A stretch of 43,141 nt of DNA. It comes from Flavobacteriales bacterium. Lineage in GTDB: Bacteria > Bacteroidota > Bacteroidia > Flavobacteriales_F > PHOS-HE28. The stretch is taken from contig JAEUSX010000097.1 in assembly GCA_016788405.1 (NCBI GenBank), positions 1 to 43,141 of the forward strand. Reading direction: 5' to 3'. Positions 9,141 to 16,543 of this stretch are shown here, piece by piece (positions within the stretch are counted from its first letter, which is position 1; each line of letters begins with the position of its first letter). The notes beneath the pieces were generated by a model. The model had not been told where the DNA came from. It made no database searches and saw nothing but the letters and a program-made list of their open reading frames with translations. Made by a program: the position numbers and the translations under genes.

Positions 9141-9869
9141 TCATCGGACCGCCGCGCCAAGTATGAAGATCGCCGGCCGCTTGCCCAGGGCGGTCCTGGT
9201 GCTCTTCCATTGCGCCACGCTGCGCGTTACAACCGAGCCGCCCGGCTGCGTGAGATCGATGGCGATGCAGAGCATGGTGGCCGGGGCGCACGCAGCGAGC
9301 AGATCCGCCAGCAGGGCGTCGTTGCGATATGGCGTTTCGATGAGGATCTGAGCGCCGCCATGCTGGGCTTCGTGCTCCAATCGCTTGATCGCGGCCTTTC
9401 GCTCGTGGGGCTTCACCGGCAGGTAGCCATGGAAGCAGAATCGCTGTCCATTGAGCCCTGATGCGGCGAGCGCCAGCACGACCGAGGAAGCTCCGATGAG
9501 CGGGACTACATTGATTCCCGCGCGGTGCGCGGCCTGCACCAGCAAAGCGCCTGGATCGGCGATCCCGGGCATCCCGGCTTCGCTGATGATGGCTGCATCG
9601 TTCCCGTCCCGCAGCACGGCGAGCATGGAATCGGCTTCTGCCCGGGTGGTTCGCTCATCGAGCCGATGCAGCATCAGGGAATCCATCACGATGGAAGGGG
9701 ACATGCGGCGCAGCGCCCGGCGCGCGCTCCGCTCATTCTCGCAGAACCAATGCGTGACGCGCTCCGCCACCGCGATGCTCATGGGCGTGACCTGTTCAGT
9801 GCCGCCATGCTCGCCTAGCCAGATCGGCATCAGGTAAAGCGTTCCAGTGCTAGCGCGGGTCGATTCCAT
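9141..9869 (-). CDS. RsmI-like SAM-dependent methyltransferase (tetrapyrrole-methylase fold)
   Basis: GTLYLMPIWLGE (compare RsmI LYvVaTPIGN), ISEAGMPGIADPG, and YRNDALLADL near the C-terminus. Confidence 0.75.
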   Translation of the reverse strand: MESTRASTGTLYLMPIWLGEHGGTEQVTPMSIAVAERVTHWFCENERSARRALRRMSPSIVMDSLMLHRLDERTTRAEADSMLAVLRDGNDAAIISEAGMPGIADPGALLVQAAHRAGINVVPLIGASSVVLALAASGLNGQRFCFHGYLPVKPHERKAAIKRLEHEAQHGGAQILIETPYRNDALLADLLAACAPATMLCIAIDLTQPGGSVVTRSVAQWKSTRTALGKRPAIFILGAAVR

Positions 9870-10311
9870 GGATCAGGCTGTTGCATGCGGAATGGAGCAT
9901 GTCATGGACCTCATCGAATCCGGCATCTCCTCCGAAGTAAGGGTCCGGCACTTCGCGCAGCGGATGATCCGGCGCCTGATCCATGATCAACCGCGCCTTG
10001 CGCGCGTGCGCTGGGGTGGGTGCGAGGCGCAGCATATTCCGCAGGTTATCCGCATCCATGGCCAGCAGCAGGTCGAAGCGCTCGAAGTCCTCCGCAACGA
10101 ACTGCCTTGCTCGCAGGTCGCTGATGTCGAGTCCCCGGCGGCGCATGGCGGCCTGGGCCCTTCGATCGGGCGGTTCGCCCACATGGTAGTCGCCGGTACC
10201 CGCACTATCGGTGGTGATGGCCAGCCCGCGTTCGGCGGCCAGGTGCCGCAGCACGCCCTCGGCCATGGGCGACCGGCAGATGTTCCCAAGACATACCATC
10301 AGGATCCTCAT
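9850..10311 (-). CDS. Low-molecular-weight protein-tyrosine phosphatase
   Basis: MRILMVCLGNICRSPMAEG (CX5R-S P-loop) and DPYFGG (Asp loop). I set the start at the MRILMVC Met (10311). The gene overlaps the downstream methyltransferase gene by 20 nt. Confidence 0.9.
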   Translation of the reverse strand: MRILMVCLGNICRSPMAEGVLRHLAAERGLAITTDSAGTGDYHVGEPPDRRAQAAMRRRGLDISDLRARQFVAEDFERFDLLLAMDADNLRNMLRLAPTPAHARKARLIMDQAPDHPLREVPDPYFGGDAGFDEVHDMLHSACNSLIHGIDPR

Positions 10312-10447
10312 CTCGCAAGCCGCCGAGGATTGAGCCAGGGCGGCGCGCGAAGGTCGAGCGTGGGGATCAAGGAGCCTTGACCGCCGGTTACCTTCGCCGT
10401 CCCGCTCGGGCGGGATCAGGCACATGCAAGCGCCACGGCTGCCCGCC

Positions 10448-10744
10448 ATGTTCAGCATCTTCCGGCAACGGAGGCCGCGCACATTCGACTATTCCCCGCG
10501 CTATTACGACCCCAGGGCGGAGGAGCGGCAGGAGCGGAGGGTGCGTTTCGCTGCGAGGAATGATGACGAGCCCGATGGGCCGCATGCGGAATTCCGGCAA
10601 CGCATGCGTCATGGCTGGGCCCGCGCCGGTGGTGAGCGCGCCAGCACCATGCGCCTGGTGATGATCATGGGCGTGGTGTGCGTGATCCTCTTCTTCCTCA
10701 TCAGGGCCTTCGGGCTGCTTGATCTGAGCAAATGGCCGATCTGA
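10448..10744 (+). CDS. Small membrane protein (Arg-rich N-terminal part, single C-terminal TM helix)
   Basis: MFSIFRQRRPRTFDYSPRYYDPR...MRLVMIMGVVCVILFFLIRAFGL. It overlaps the mutL start by 13 nt. The start could instead be 10424. Confidence 0.4.
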   Translation: MFSIFRQRRPRTFDYSPRYYDPRAEERQERRVRFAARNDDEPDGPHAEFRQRMRHGWARAGGERASTMRLVMIMGVVCVILFFLIRAFGLLDLSKWPI

Positions 10745-12558
10745 TCCGGCTGTTGCCTGACCATGTGGCCAACCAGATCGCCGCTGGCGAGGTGGTGCAA
10801 CGGCCTGCCAGCGTGGTGAAGGAGCTGCTCGAGAACAGCATCGATGCCGGCGCGCGGGAGATCACCTTGGTGGTCAAGGATGCGGGTCGCACGCTGGTGC
10901 AGGTCGCTGACGACGGCAAAGGGATGAGTCCGACTGACGCCCGCATCTGCTTCGAACGGCACGCCACCAGCAAGATCCGCCAGGCGGACGACCTCGGAGC
11001 CATCCGCACCAAGGGGTTCCGGGGCGAGGCCCTGGCCAGCATCGCCGCCATCGCGCAAGTGGAGCTGCGCACCCGCGAGCGTGATCAAGAACTGGGCACC
11101 CGTGTGCTCATCGAGGGCAGCCGCGTGCGCATCCAGGAGCCGTATGCCGGCCCGTCGGGAAGCAGCATCAGCGTGCGCAGCCTGTTCTATAACACACCCG
11201 CGCGCCGTCAGTTCCTCAAGAGCGACAGCGTGGAGATGCGCCATGTGCTCGACGAGTTCCACCGGGTGGCGCTCGCTCATCCGGAGATCGGCTTCAAGCT
11301 CGTGAACAATGAGCGAGAGGAGTTCAACCTGCCTCCCGGCGCCGACGAAGCCGCGTGGAGCGCCGCCATGCGCCAGCGGATCTCGGGCCTCTACGGACGC
11401 CGCTACGATGAGCGGCTGGTGCTGGTGGAGGAGGACACGGACCTCGTGAGCGTTCGCGGCTTCGTGGGGAAACCCGAATTCGCCAAGCGCACCCGCGGTG
11501 AGCAGTTCTTCTTCGTGAATCGCCGCTTCATCCGCAGCAGTTACCTGGAGCACGCCGTGCGCCGCGCGTATGAGGAGCTTCTTCCGGCCGACAGCTATCC
11601 TGGCTGGTACCTGTTCATCGAGGTCGATCCCGCGCAGATCGACATCAACATCCACCCCACCAAGACCGAGATCAAATTCCGGGACGACCGGGTCGTCTAC
11701 GCCATCGTGCATGCGGCGGTGCGCCGCGCGCTCGGCCGCTTCAACATCGTCCCGAGCCTTGATTTCGAGCCCGAGCCGGCGTTGATCGCTGCTTCCGCCG
11801 CGACGGCACCCGCTTGGCGCCCCACCGACCTGGGGGCATTCACGGCACCGCCGCGCCCCAGCCCCGAGGGCTGGCAGAAGCTCTTCGACATGGGTGTTGC
11901 CTCGCCCATGGACGAGGAGACGGTGGCCAGCGCGGTGCAGCGCCCCGTCGCGGAGGATGTGGTGCTTCCTTCGCGCGAAGAGGACAGCGATGCCGTGCGC
12001 CCGGTATTCCAGCTGCACGGCCGCTACATCGTCGCGCAAGTGCGCAGTGGCGTGATGGTGCTGGACCAGCAACGCGCTCATGAGCGCATCCTCTACGAGC
12101 GGAACCTCAGGCTCCTGGCCGAGGGCGCGGGCATGTCGCAGACGGAACTTTTTCCTCGGCACGTTGAGTTGAGCGCCGCCGACCTCTCGTTGGTGGAGGG
12201 CGTGCTGCCGGAGTTGAGGAGCATGGGCCTTGATCTGGAGCTCTTCGGAGGCCGCACCGTGCAGGTGAACGGCATGCCAGCGGAGGCGGCGGATGAGGAT
12301 CCCGCGCGCTTGATCGAGCAATTGATCGAGCAATTACGCACAGCGGGAAGCGCGCTGCGCAATGAACGGCATCCGGCCTTGGCGCGTGGCATGGCCCGCA
12401 GCATGGCGATCAGGCCCGGCCGTGCCCTGTCGATCGCTGAGATGCATGGCCTCATCGACCGTCTTTTCGCATGCGAGCAGCCCACGCGCACGCCCAGTGG
12501 CCGGCCCGTGCTCATCAACCTGGGCCTCGACGAGATCAACGAACGTTTCGAGCGCTGA
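10732..12558 (+). CDS. mutL: DNA mismatch repair protein MutL
   Basis: GHKL ATPase N-terminus IAAGEVVQRPASVVKELLENSIDAG, DDGKGM, GFRGEAL, plus a C-terminal dimerisation domain. 608 aa. Confidence 0.97.
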   Translation: MADLIRLLPDHVANQIAAGEVVQRPASVVKELLENSIDAGAREITLVVKDAGRTLVQVADDGKGMSPTDARICFERHATSKIRQADDLGAIRTKGFRGEALASIAAIAQVELRTRERDQELGTRVLIEGSRVRIQEPYAGPSGSSISVRSLFYNTPARRQFLKSDSVEMRHVLDEFHRVALAHPEIGFKLVNNEREEFNLPPGADEAAWSAAMRQRISGLYGRRYDERLVLVEEDTDLVSVRGFVGKPEFAKRTRGEQFFFVNRRFIRSSYLEHAVRRAYEELLPADSYPGWYLFIEVDPAQIDINIHPTKTEIKFRDDRVVYAIVHAAVRRALGRFNIVPSLDFEPEPALIAASAATAPAWRPTDLGAFTAPPRPSPEGWQKLFDMGVASPMDEETVASAVQRPVAEDVVLPSREEDSDAVRPVFQLHGRYIVAQVRSGVMVLDQQRAHERILYERNLRLLAEGAGMSQTELFPRHVELSAADLSLVEGVLPELRSMGLDLELFGGRTVQVNGMPAEAADEDPARLIEQLIEQLRTAGSALRNERHPALARGMARSMAIRPGRALSIAEMHGLIDRLFACEQPTRTPSGRPVLINLGLDEINERFER

Positions 12559-13325
12559 TGCAGTACCGCACGGGTCCTTTGCAGCATACGCCCACCGTGG
12601 TGAAGAACCTGGTGATCATCAACGCCATCGTATTCGGCGTCATGCTCATCGGCGATGGCCGCTTCCTGGGCATGGACATGACCGAGACCCTGGGGCTGCA
12701 CTACATCGGGTCTCCCGCCTTCGAGCCATGGCAGCTCATCACGCACATGTTCATGCACGGCGGCCTCAGCCACATCTTCATGAACATGTTCGGCCTGTTC
12801 ATGATCGGCTCCCCGCTCGAGTACCATTGGGGTTCGAAGCGGTTCCTGAACTTCTACCTGATCTGCGGGTTGGGCGGAGCGGCACTGAACATCGGCGTGC
12901 AGGCCTGGGAGTATGAGCAGCTCGCCCAATGGCTTAGCGTGGATCAGATCGAGCAAGTGCGAGAGCACGGGAGGGCCGCGCTCGTCGATCTGGTGATGGG
13001 GGGCGAAGGTTTCCGCAACGAGGCGATGAATCAGATGGCGGGCATCCTCCATACGCCGATGGTGGGCGCCAGCGGCGCCATCTTCGGGATCCTGGCCGCA
13101 TTCGGCATCCTATACCCGAACGTGGAGCTGATGATCATCTTTTTTCCGGTGCCCATCAAGGCGAAGTGGTTCGTGCTGCTTTACGGGGCCTACGAGTTCT
13201 ACGCTGGCTATGCGGGCCTCATGGGCACAGGCAGCGACAATGTGGCGCACTTCGCGCACATCGGCGGTGGGCTGGCCGGCGCGGCTCTGGCGCTGTTGTG
13301 GAGGAGGAAACTGAGTCCGTGGTGA
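12558..13325 (+). CDS. Rhomboid-family intramembrane serine protease
   Basis: HMFMHGGLSHIFMNM (H..HxxxN), GASGAIFG (GxSG) and AHIGGGLAG (catalytic His). The start ATG overlaps the mutL stop (ATGA). Confidence 0.85.
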   Translation: MQYRTGPLQHTPTVVKNLVIINAIVFGVMLIGDGRFLGMDMTETLGLHYIGSPAFEPWQLITHMFMHGGLSHIFMNMFGLFMIGSPLEYHWGSKRFLNFYLICGLGGAALNIGVQAWEYEQLAQWLSVDQIEQVREHGRAALVDLVMGGEGFRNEAMNQMAGILHTPMVGASGAIFGILAAFGILYPNVELMIIFFPVPIKAKWFVLLYGAYEFYAGYAGLMGTGSDNVAHFAHIGGGLAGAALALLWRRKLSPW

Positions 13326-13343
13326 TCGCCTGAACTTCGCGGC

Positions 13344-14231
13344 ATGTTCGAGGAACTGAAGCGGCAATGGCGGAGCGGTGGGATGGTGATCCGTCTGGTG
13401 CTGGCGAACGCCACCGTGTTCGTGGCGCTGCATCTGATCAATCTGCCGTTCTGGGCCATGCGGCAGCCGGGACCCGACATACTGGGCTGGCTCTGGAGCT
13501 TCAGTGACTTGGGCGCGCTGCTGCGCAAGCCCTGGACGCCGGTCACGTACATGTTCACGCATTGGGGCTTCAGCCACATCTTCTTCAACATGCTCCTGCT
13601 GTGGTTCATGGGGCGCCTCTTCGAGGATCTGCTGGGTGGCCGGCGCGTGCTGGGCAATTACCTGCTGGGCGGGCTCAGCGGCTTCGCGCTGTACCTGATC
13701 GGCTACAACCTCTTGCCTGTTTACGCCGATGAGGTGGGCGGTTCCACGATCCACGGCGCCTCGGCCTCGGTGATGGCGGTGCTCGTCGGCATCGCGGCGT
13801 ACCGGCCCGACCTTGAGGTGCGCCTGCTGCTCTTCGGCACGGTGAGGCTGAAATGGATCGCGCTGGTGCTCTTCCTCATCGACCTGGTGAGCGTGCAGAC
13901 CAGTCCGAACAGCGGCGGCCACCTGGCGCATATCGGCGGAGCGCTTTACGGATACCTCGCCAGCATGCGCTTGCGTCAGGGAAGCGATTGGTCCTTGAGC
14001 TTCGTGAATGGAATCGAGAAGCTGTTCTCATTCCTCAGGCGGGATCGCGGGCCGCGCATGCGGGTGGAGAAGCGGTACACGGGCAAACGCGGGCGGAGCG
14101 ATGCCGATTTCAACGCCGCGAAACGTGATCAGCAAGCGCGCATCGATGCCATCCTGGACAAGATCAGCCGCAGCGGATATGATAGTTTGAGCAAGGAAGA
14201 GAAGGATGTGCTGTTCAAAGCGGGGAAATGA
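13344..14231 (+). CDS. Rhomboid-family protein, second paralogue, with a cytoplasmic Lys/Arg-rich C-terminal extension
   Basis: YMFTHWGFSHIFFNM, HGASASVMAV (GxSA variant of GxSG), AHIGGALYG. The roughly 80-aa tail (RDRGPRMRVEKRYTGKRGRSDADFNAAKRDQQARIDAILDKISRSGYDSLSKEEKDVLF) is not part of the rhomboid core. Confidence 0.82.
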   Translation: MFEELKRQWRSGGMVIRLVLANATVFVALHLINLPFWAMRQPGPDILGWLWSFSDLGALLRKPWTPVTYMFTHWGFSHIFFNMLLLWFMGRLFEDLLGGRRVLGNYLLGGLSGFALYLIGYNLLPVYADEVGGSTIHGASASVMAVLVGIAAYRPDLEVRLLLFGTVRLKWIALVLFLIDLVSVQTSPNSGGHLAHIGGALYGYLASMRLRQGSDWSLSFVNGIEKLFSFLRRDRGPRMRVEKRYTGKRGRSDADFNAAKRDQQARIDAILDKISRSGYDSLSKEEKDVLFKAGK

Positions 14232-14270
14232 AATGGTGCCACGGTCTCATGCTAAGGCTCGACGGTTGGA

Positions 14271-14326
14271 TGTTCCAAGCTGAGTGTTCCAAGCGGGGTG
14301 TTCTTGATTGATGGTTCCAGTCTGAC
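14271..14326 (+). repeat. Degenerate 14-bp tandem repeat x4 in the intergenic region upstream of the EEP gene
   Basis: TGTTCC at 14271 and 14285 (both followed by AAGC), TGTTCT at 14299, GGTTCC at 14313. The spacing is exactly 14 bp, and the last copy lies 22 nt before the ATG at 14335. Confidence 0.55.
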
Positions 14327-14334
14327 TGTGCAGG

Positions 14335-15501
14335 ATGAACCGCGGACCCGAACACGTCACCAAGCCGGTCAAGCGCCCTTCGCGCTGGCACTTGCCATTG
14401 TGGTGGGTCAATGGGCTTGCGGTGCTCGTGCTCCTGATCACCTACCTGGCACCTCATGTGAGCCCGAAGGCCTTCTGGCCGCTCACGCTGATGGCTTACG
14501 CTTTCCCCTTCCAACTCCTGTTGCACGCGTGCTTCCTGGGCTATTGGATGCTCTTCCGCCGCAAGCGCATGCTGCTGTCGGGCATCGCCTTGCTCATCGG
14601 CTGGGGCCACATCGGCGACCACGTGCAACTGATCGGAACGGACGAGAAGCCATCGGAAGCGATCGGCGAAGGCGTGAAGCTGCTCAGCTGGAACGTGCGG
14701 GTCTTCGATCTGTACAACTGGGATGACAACGTGCGCACCCGCGACGCCATCTTCGATGTGCTGCGTCAGGAGGACGCCGGCATCCTCTGCCTGCAGGAGT
14801 TCTTCCACAGCACCGACAGTCGCTTCTTCCGAACCCGCGATGCGATCATGGAGGATCTGGGTTATCGATCCGAGCATCTCGCGTGGACGCACAACGTGAA
14901 GAGGTACGACCAGCATTTCGGCATCGCCACGTTCACCAAGCACCGCATCGCCGCCAGAGGAAGGCTCGACTTCGGCCGCCGCACCAACAACATCTGCATC
15001 TGGACCGACATCGTTCTCGGCCTCGATACGCTGCGCGTGTTCAACGCGCATCTGGCCAGCCTTCATTTCGGTGATGCCGATTACCGTTTCATCGATTCCA
15101 TGCGCGCCGACCCGGATGCCGAGGCCATCCAGGCGCGCGGCGGCCGCATCCTCGAGCTCGTTCGTGATGGCGCCATCCGCCGCGCTGGAGAGGCCGCTGT
15201 GATCGACAGCGCTTTGCGCGCCAGTCCGCACCCCGCGGTGTTCTGCGGCGACATCAACGACGTGGCCATGAGCTATGCGTACCACCGCCTGCGCGGCGAC
15301 ATGCTCGATGCCTTCTCCGAGAGCGGCCGCGGCCTGGGAGGCACTTACATCGGCAAGTTGCCGAAGCTCCGGATCGATCACATGCTTCACGATAGGGCCA
15401 TCGCCAGCTGGGCGTTCCGAACGCTGCCGCAGGAATTGAGCGACCACCACGCGATTCAGGCCATGATCGCCGTTCGTGCATCATCGAACGGCACCGACTG
15501 A
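14335..15501 (+). CDS. Endonuclease/exonuclease/phosphatase (EEP) family protein with an N-terminal membrane domain
   Basis: Three N-terminal hydrophobic helices, then the EEP motifs LLSWNVRVF, ILCLQEF, GDINDV and RIDHML. Confidence 0.75.
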   Translation: MNRGPEHVTKPVKRPSRWHLPLWWVNGLAVLVLLITYLAPHVSPKAFWPLTLMAYAFPFQLLLHACFLGYWMLFRRKRMLLSGIALLIGWGHIGDHVQLIGTDEKPSEAIGEGVKLLSWNVRVFDLYNWDDNVRTRDAIFDVLRQEDAGILCLQEFFHSTDSRFFRTRDAIMEDLGYRSEHLAWTHNVKRYDQHFGIATFTKHRIAARGRLDFGRRTNNICIWTDIVLGLDTLRVFNAHLASLHFGDADYRFIDSMRADPDAEAIQARGGRILELVRDGAIRRAGEAAVIDSALRASPHPAVFCGDINDVAMSYAYHRLRGDMLDAFSESGRGLGGTYIGKLPKLRIDHMLHDRAIASWAFRTLPQELSDHHAIQAMIAVRASSNGTD

Positions 15502-15536
15502 TCCGTGTACTGATGCGCAATCAACCTGAAGCCAGC

Positions 15537-16502
15537 ATGCCAGCAAAAGAGCGCGTCCTCATCCTAATTGCCGCGATAGTCGTGATCGGGGCCTGCGGAA
15601 GGGCGCCGGAAAGGGCAGACGCCCGACCCGGACTCAAGGAAACCGAGCACATGGAGCCGGTGGCTTGGGCCGCTGCTGCCGACAGTGCGTCGATGAACGG
15701 GGAAGGCGGGGCCCATGAAATGATGAGCTCCAGCGCCGCGCGTGCCAGCGCGGACACCAGCCGCCGCTTCATCCGAACCGCCGACCTCCGCTTCCGCGCG
15801 AAGGACGTGGTGAGCGCCACTTACGCCATCGAGGAGCTGATCGCCGGCTTCGGCGGTTTCGTGGAGCACACGCACCTGAGCTCGAACGTGGATGACCGGT
15901 ACACCACGCCGGTGAGCGCCGATAGCGTGCTGGAGACCACGCGCTTCACCGTGGTGAACCACGCCACCTTGCGCGTGCCTGTGGCACAGCTCGATACCGC
16001 GCTGAAATCGCTCGCGCGCTTCGTGGATTTCCTGGACCACCGCACCTTGAAGGCCGAGGACGTTCGCCTGATGCTCCTGGCCAACAGCATGACCCGGCGC
16101 CGTGTGGCGCGGCATACCGAGCGGATGGAGGAGGCCATTGATGAGCAGGGAAGGAGATTGCGGGAGACGGCCGGCGCGGAGGACCGCCTGCTGGACCGGC
16201 AGGAGCAGGCCGATCAGGCGCTCCTGAGCAGCATGGGCCTAGAGGACCGGATCGCCTTCAGCACGATCACCGTGGAGATCTACCAGCGCCAGAGCGTGCG
16301 CCACGAAATGCTCGCCAATGAACGCAACATCGAACGCTATGAGCCGGGCTTCTTCATCAAGCTGGGTTCAGCACTGGCCGAGGGCTGGCGCACGCTGCTC
16401 CGATTCGTGCTCTTCCTGGCGGGCCATTGGAGCATCATCCTGATCGTGATCGGCGTCTTCATCCTGCTCCGTCGGCTGTTCCGCGTCCGCAAACCGGTCT
16501 GA
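15537..16502 (+). CDS. DUF4349-like lipoprotein (N-terminal lipobox, coiled-coil centre, C-terminal TM helices)
   Basis: VVIGACG lipobox. RFIRTADLRFRAKDV...GGFVEHT...ATLRVPVAQLDTAL...EDV... architecture, and a C-terminal hydrophobic segment WSIILIVIGVFILL. Confidence 0.55.
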   Translation: MPAKERVLILIAAIVVIGACGRAPERADARPGLKETEHMEPVAWAAAADSASMNGEGGAHEMMSSSAARASADTSRRFIRTADLRFRAKDVVSATYAIEELIAGFGGFVEHTHLSSNVDDRYTTPVSADSVLETTRFTVVNHATLRVPVAQLDTALKSLARFVDFLDHRTLKAEDVRLMLLANSMTRRRVARHTERMEEAIDEQGRRLRETAGAEDRLLDRQEQADQALLSSMGLEDRIAFSTITVEIYQRQSVRHEMLANERNIERYEPGFFIKLGSALAEGWRTLLRFVLFLAGHWSIILIVIGVFILLRRLFRVRKPV

Positions 16503-16543
16503 CCGGGAAACCGGCGCGGCGTAGCTTCGGGCACCCTTCGCCC

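Noticed and set aside
10609-12333. A 574-aa ORF antisense to mutL. Similar long antisense ORFs lie at 1672-2523, 5264-6316, 8107-9087, 14215-15450, 19278-19985, 21791-23011, 26642-27637, 28428-29396, 34863-35882 and 38117-39505.
   Set aside because: Each lies entirely opposite a gene with unmistakable family motifs. Their translations are Arg/Ala/Gly/His-rich with no motifs, which is the normal stop-codon-poor shadow of high-GC coding sequence.
16427-16543. N-terminal extensions proposed by the ORF track for many genes. Examples are 16427 for the M1 peptidase, 3732 for ndk, 10482 for the PTP, 20778 for the SDR, 32889 for DHS, 39820 and 41474 for the proteases, 24813 for the OMP and 765 for the TPR protein.
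   Set aside because: In each case an internal Met begins a canonical signal peptide or the conserved N-terminus of the family. The extension overlaps an upstream gene, terminator or promoter box and is Arg/Pro-rich.
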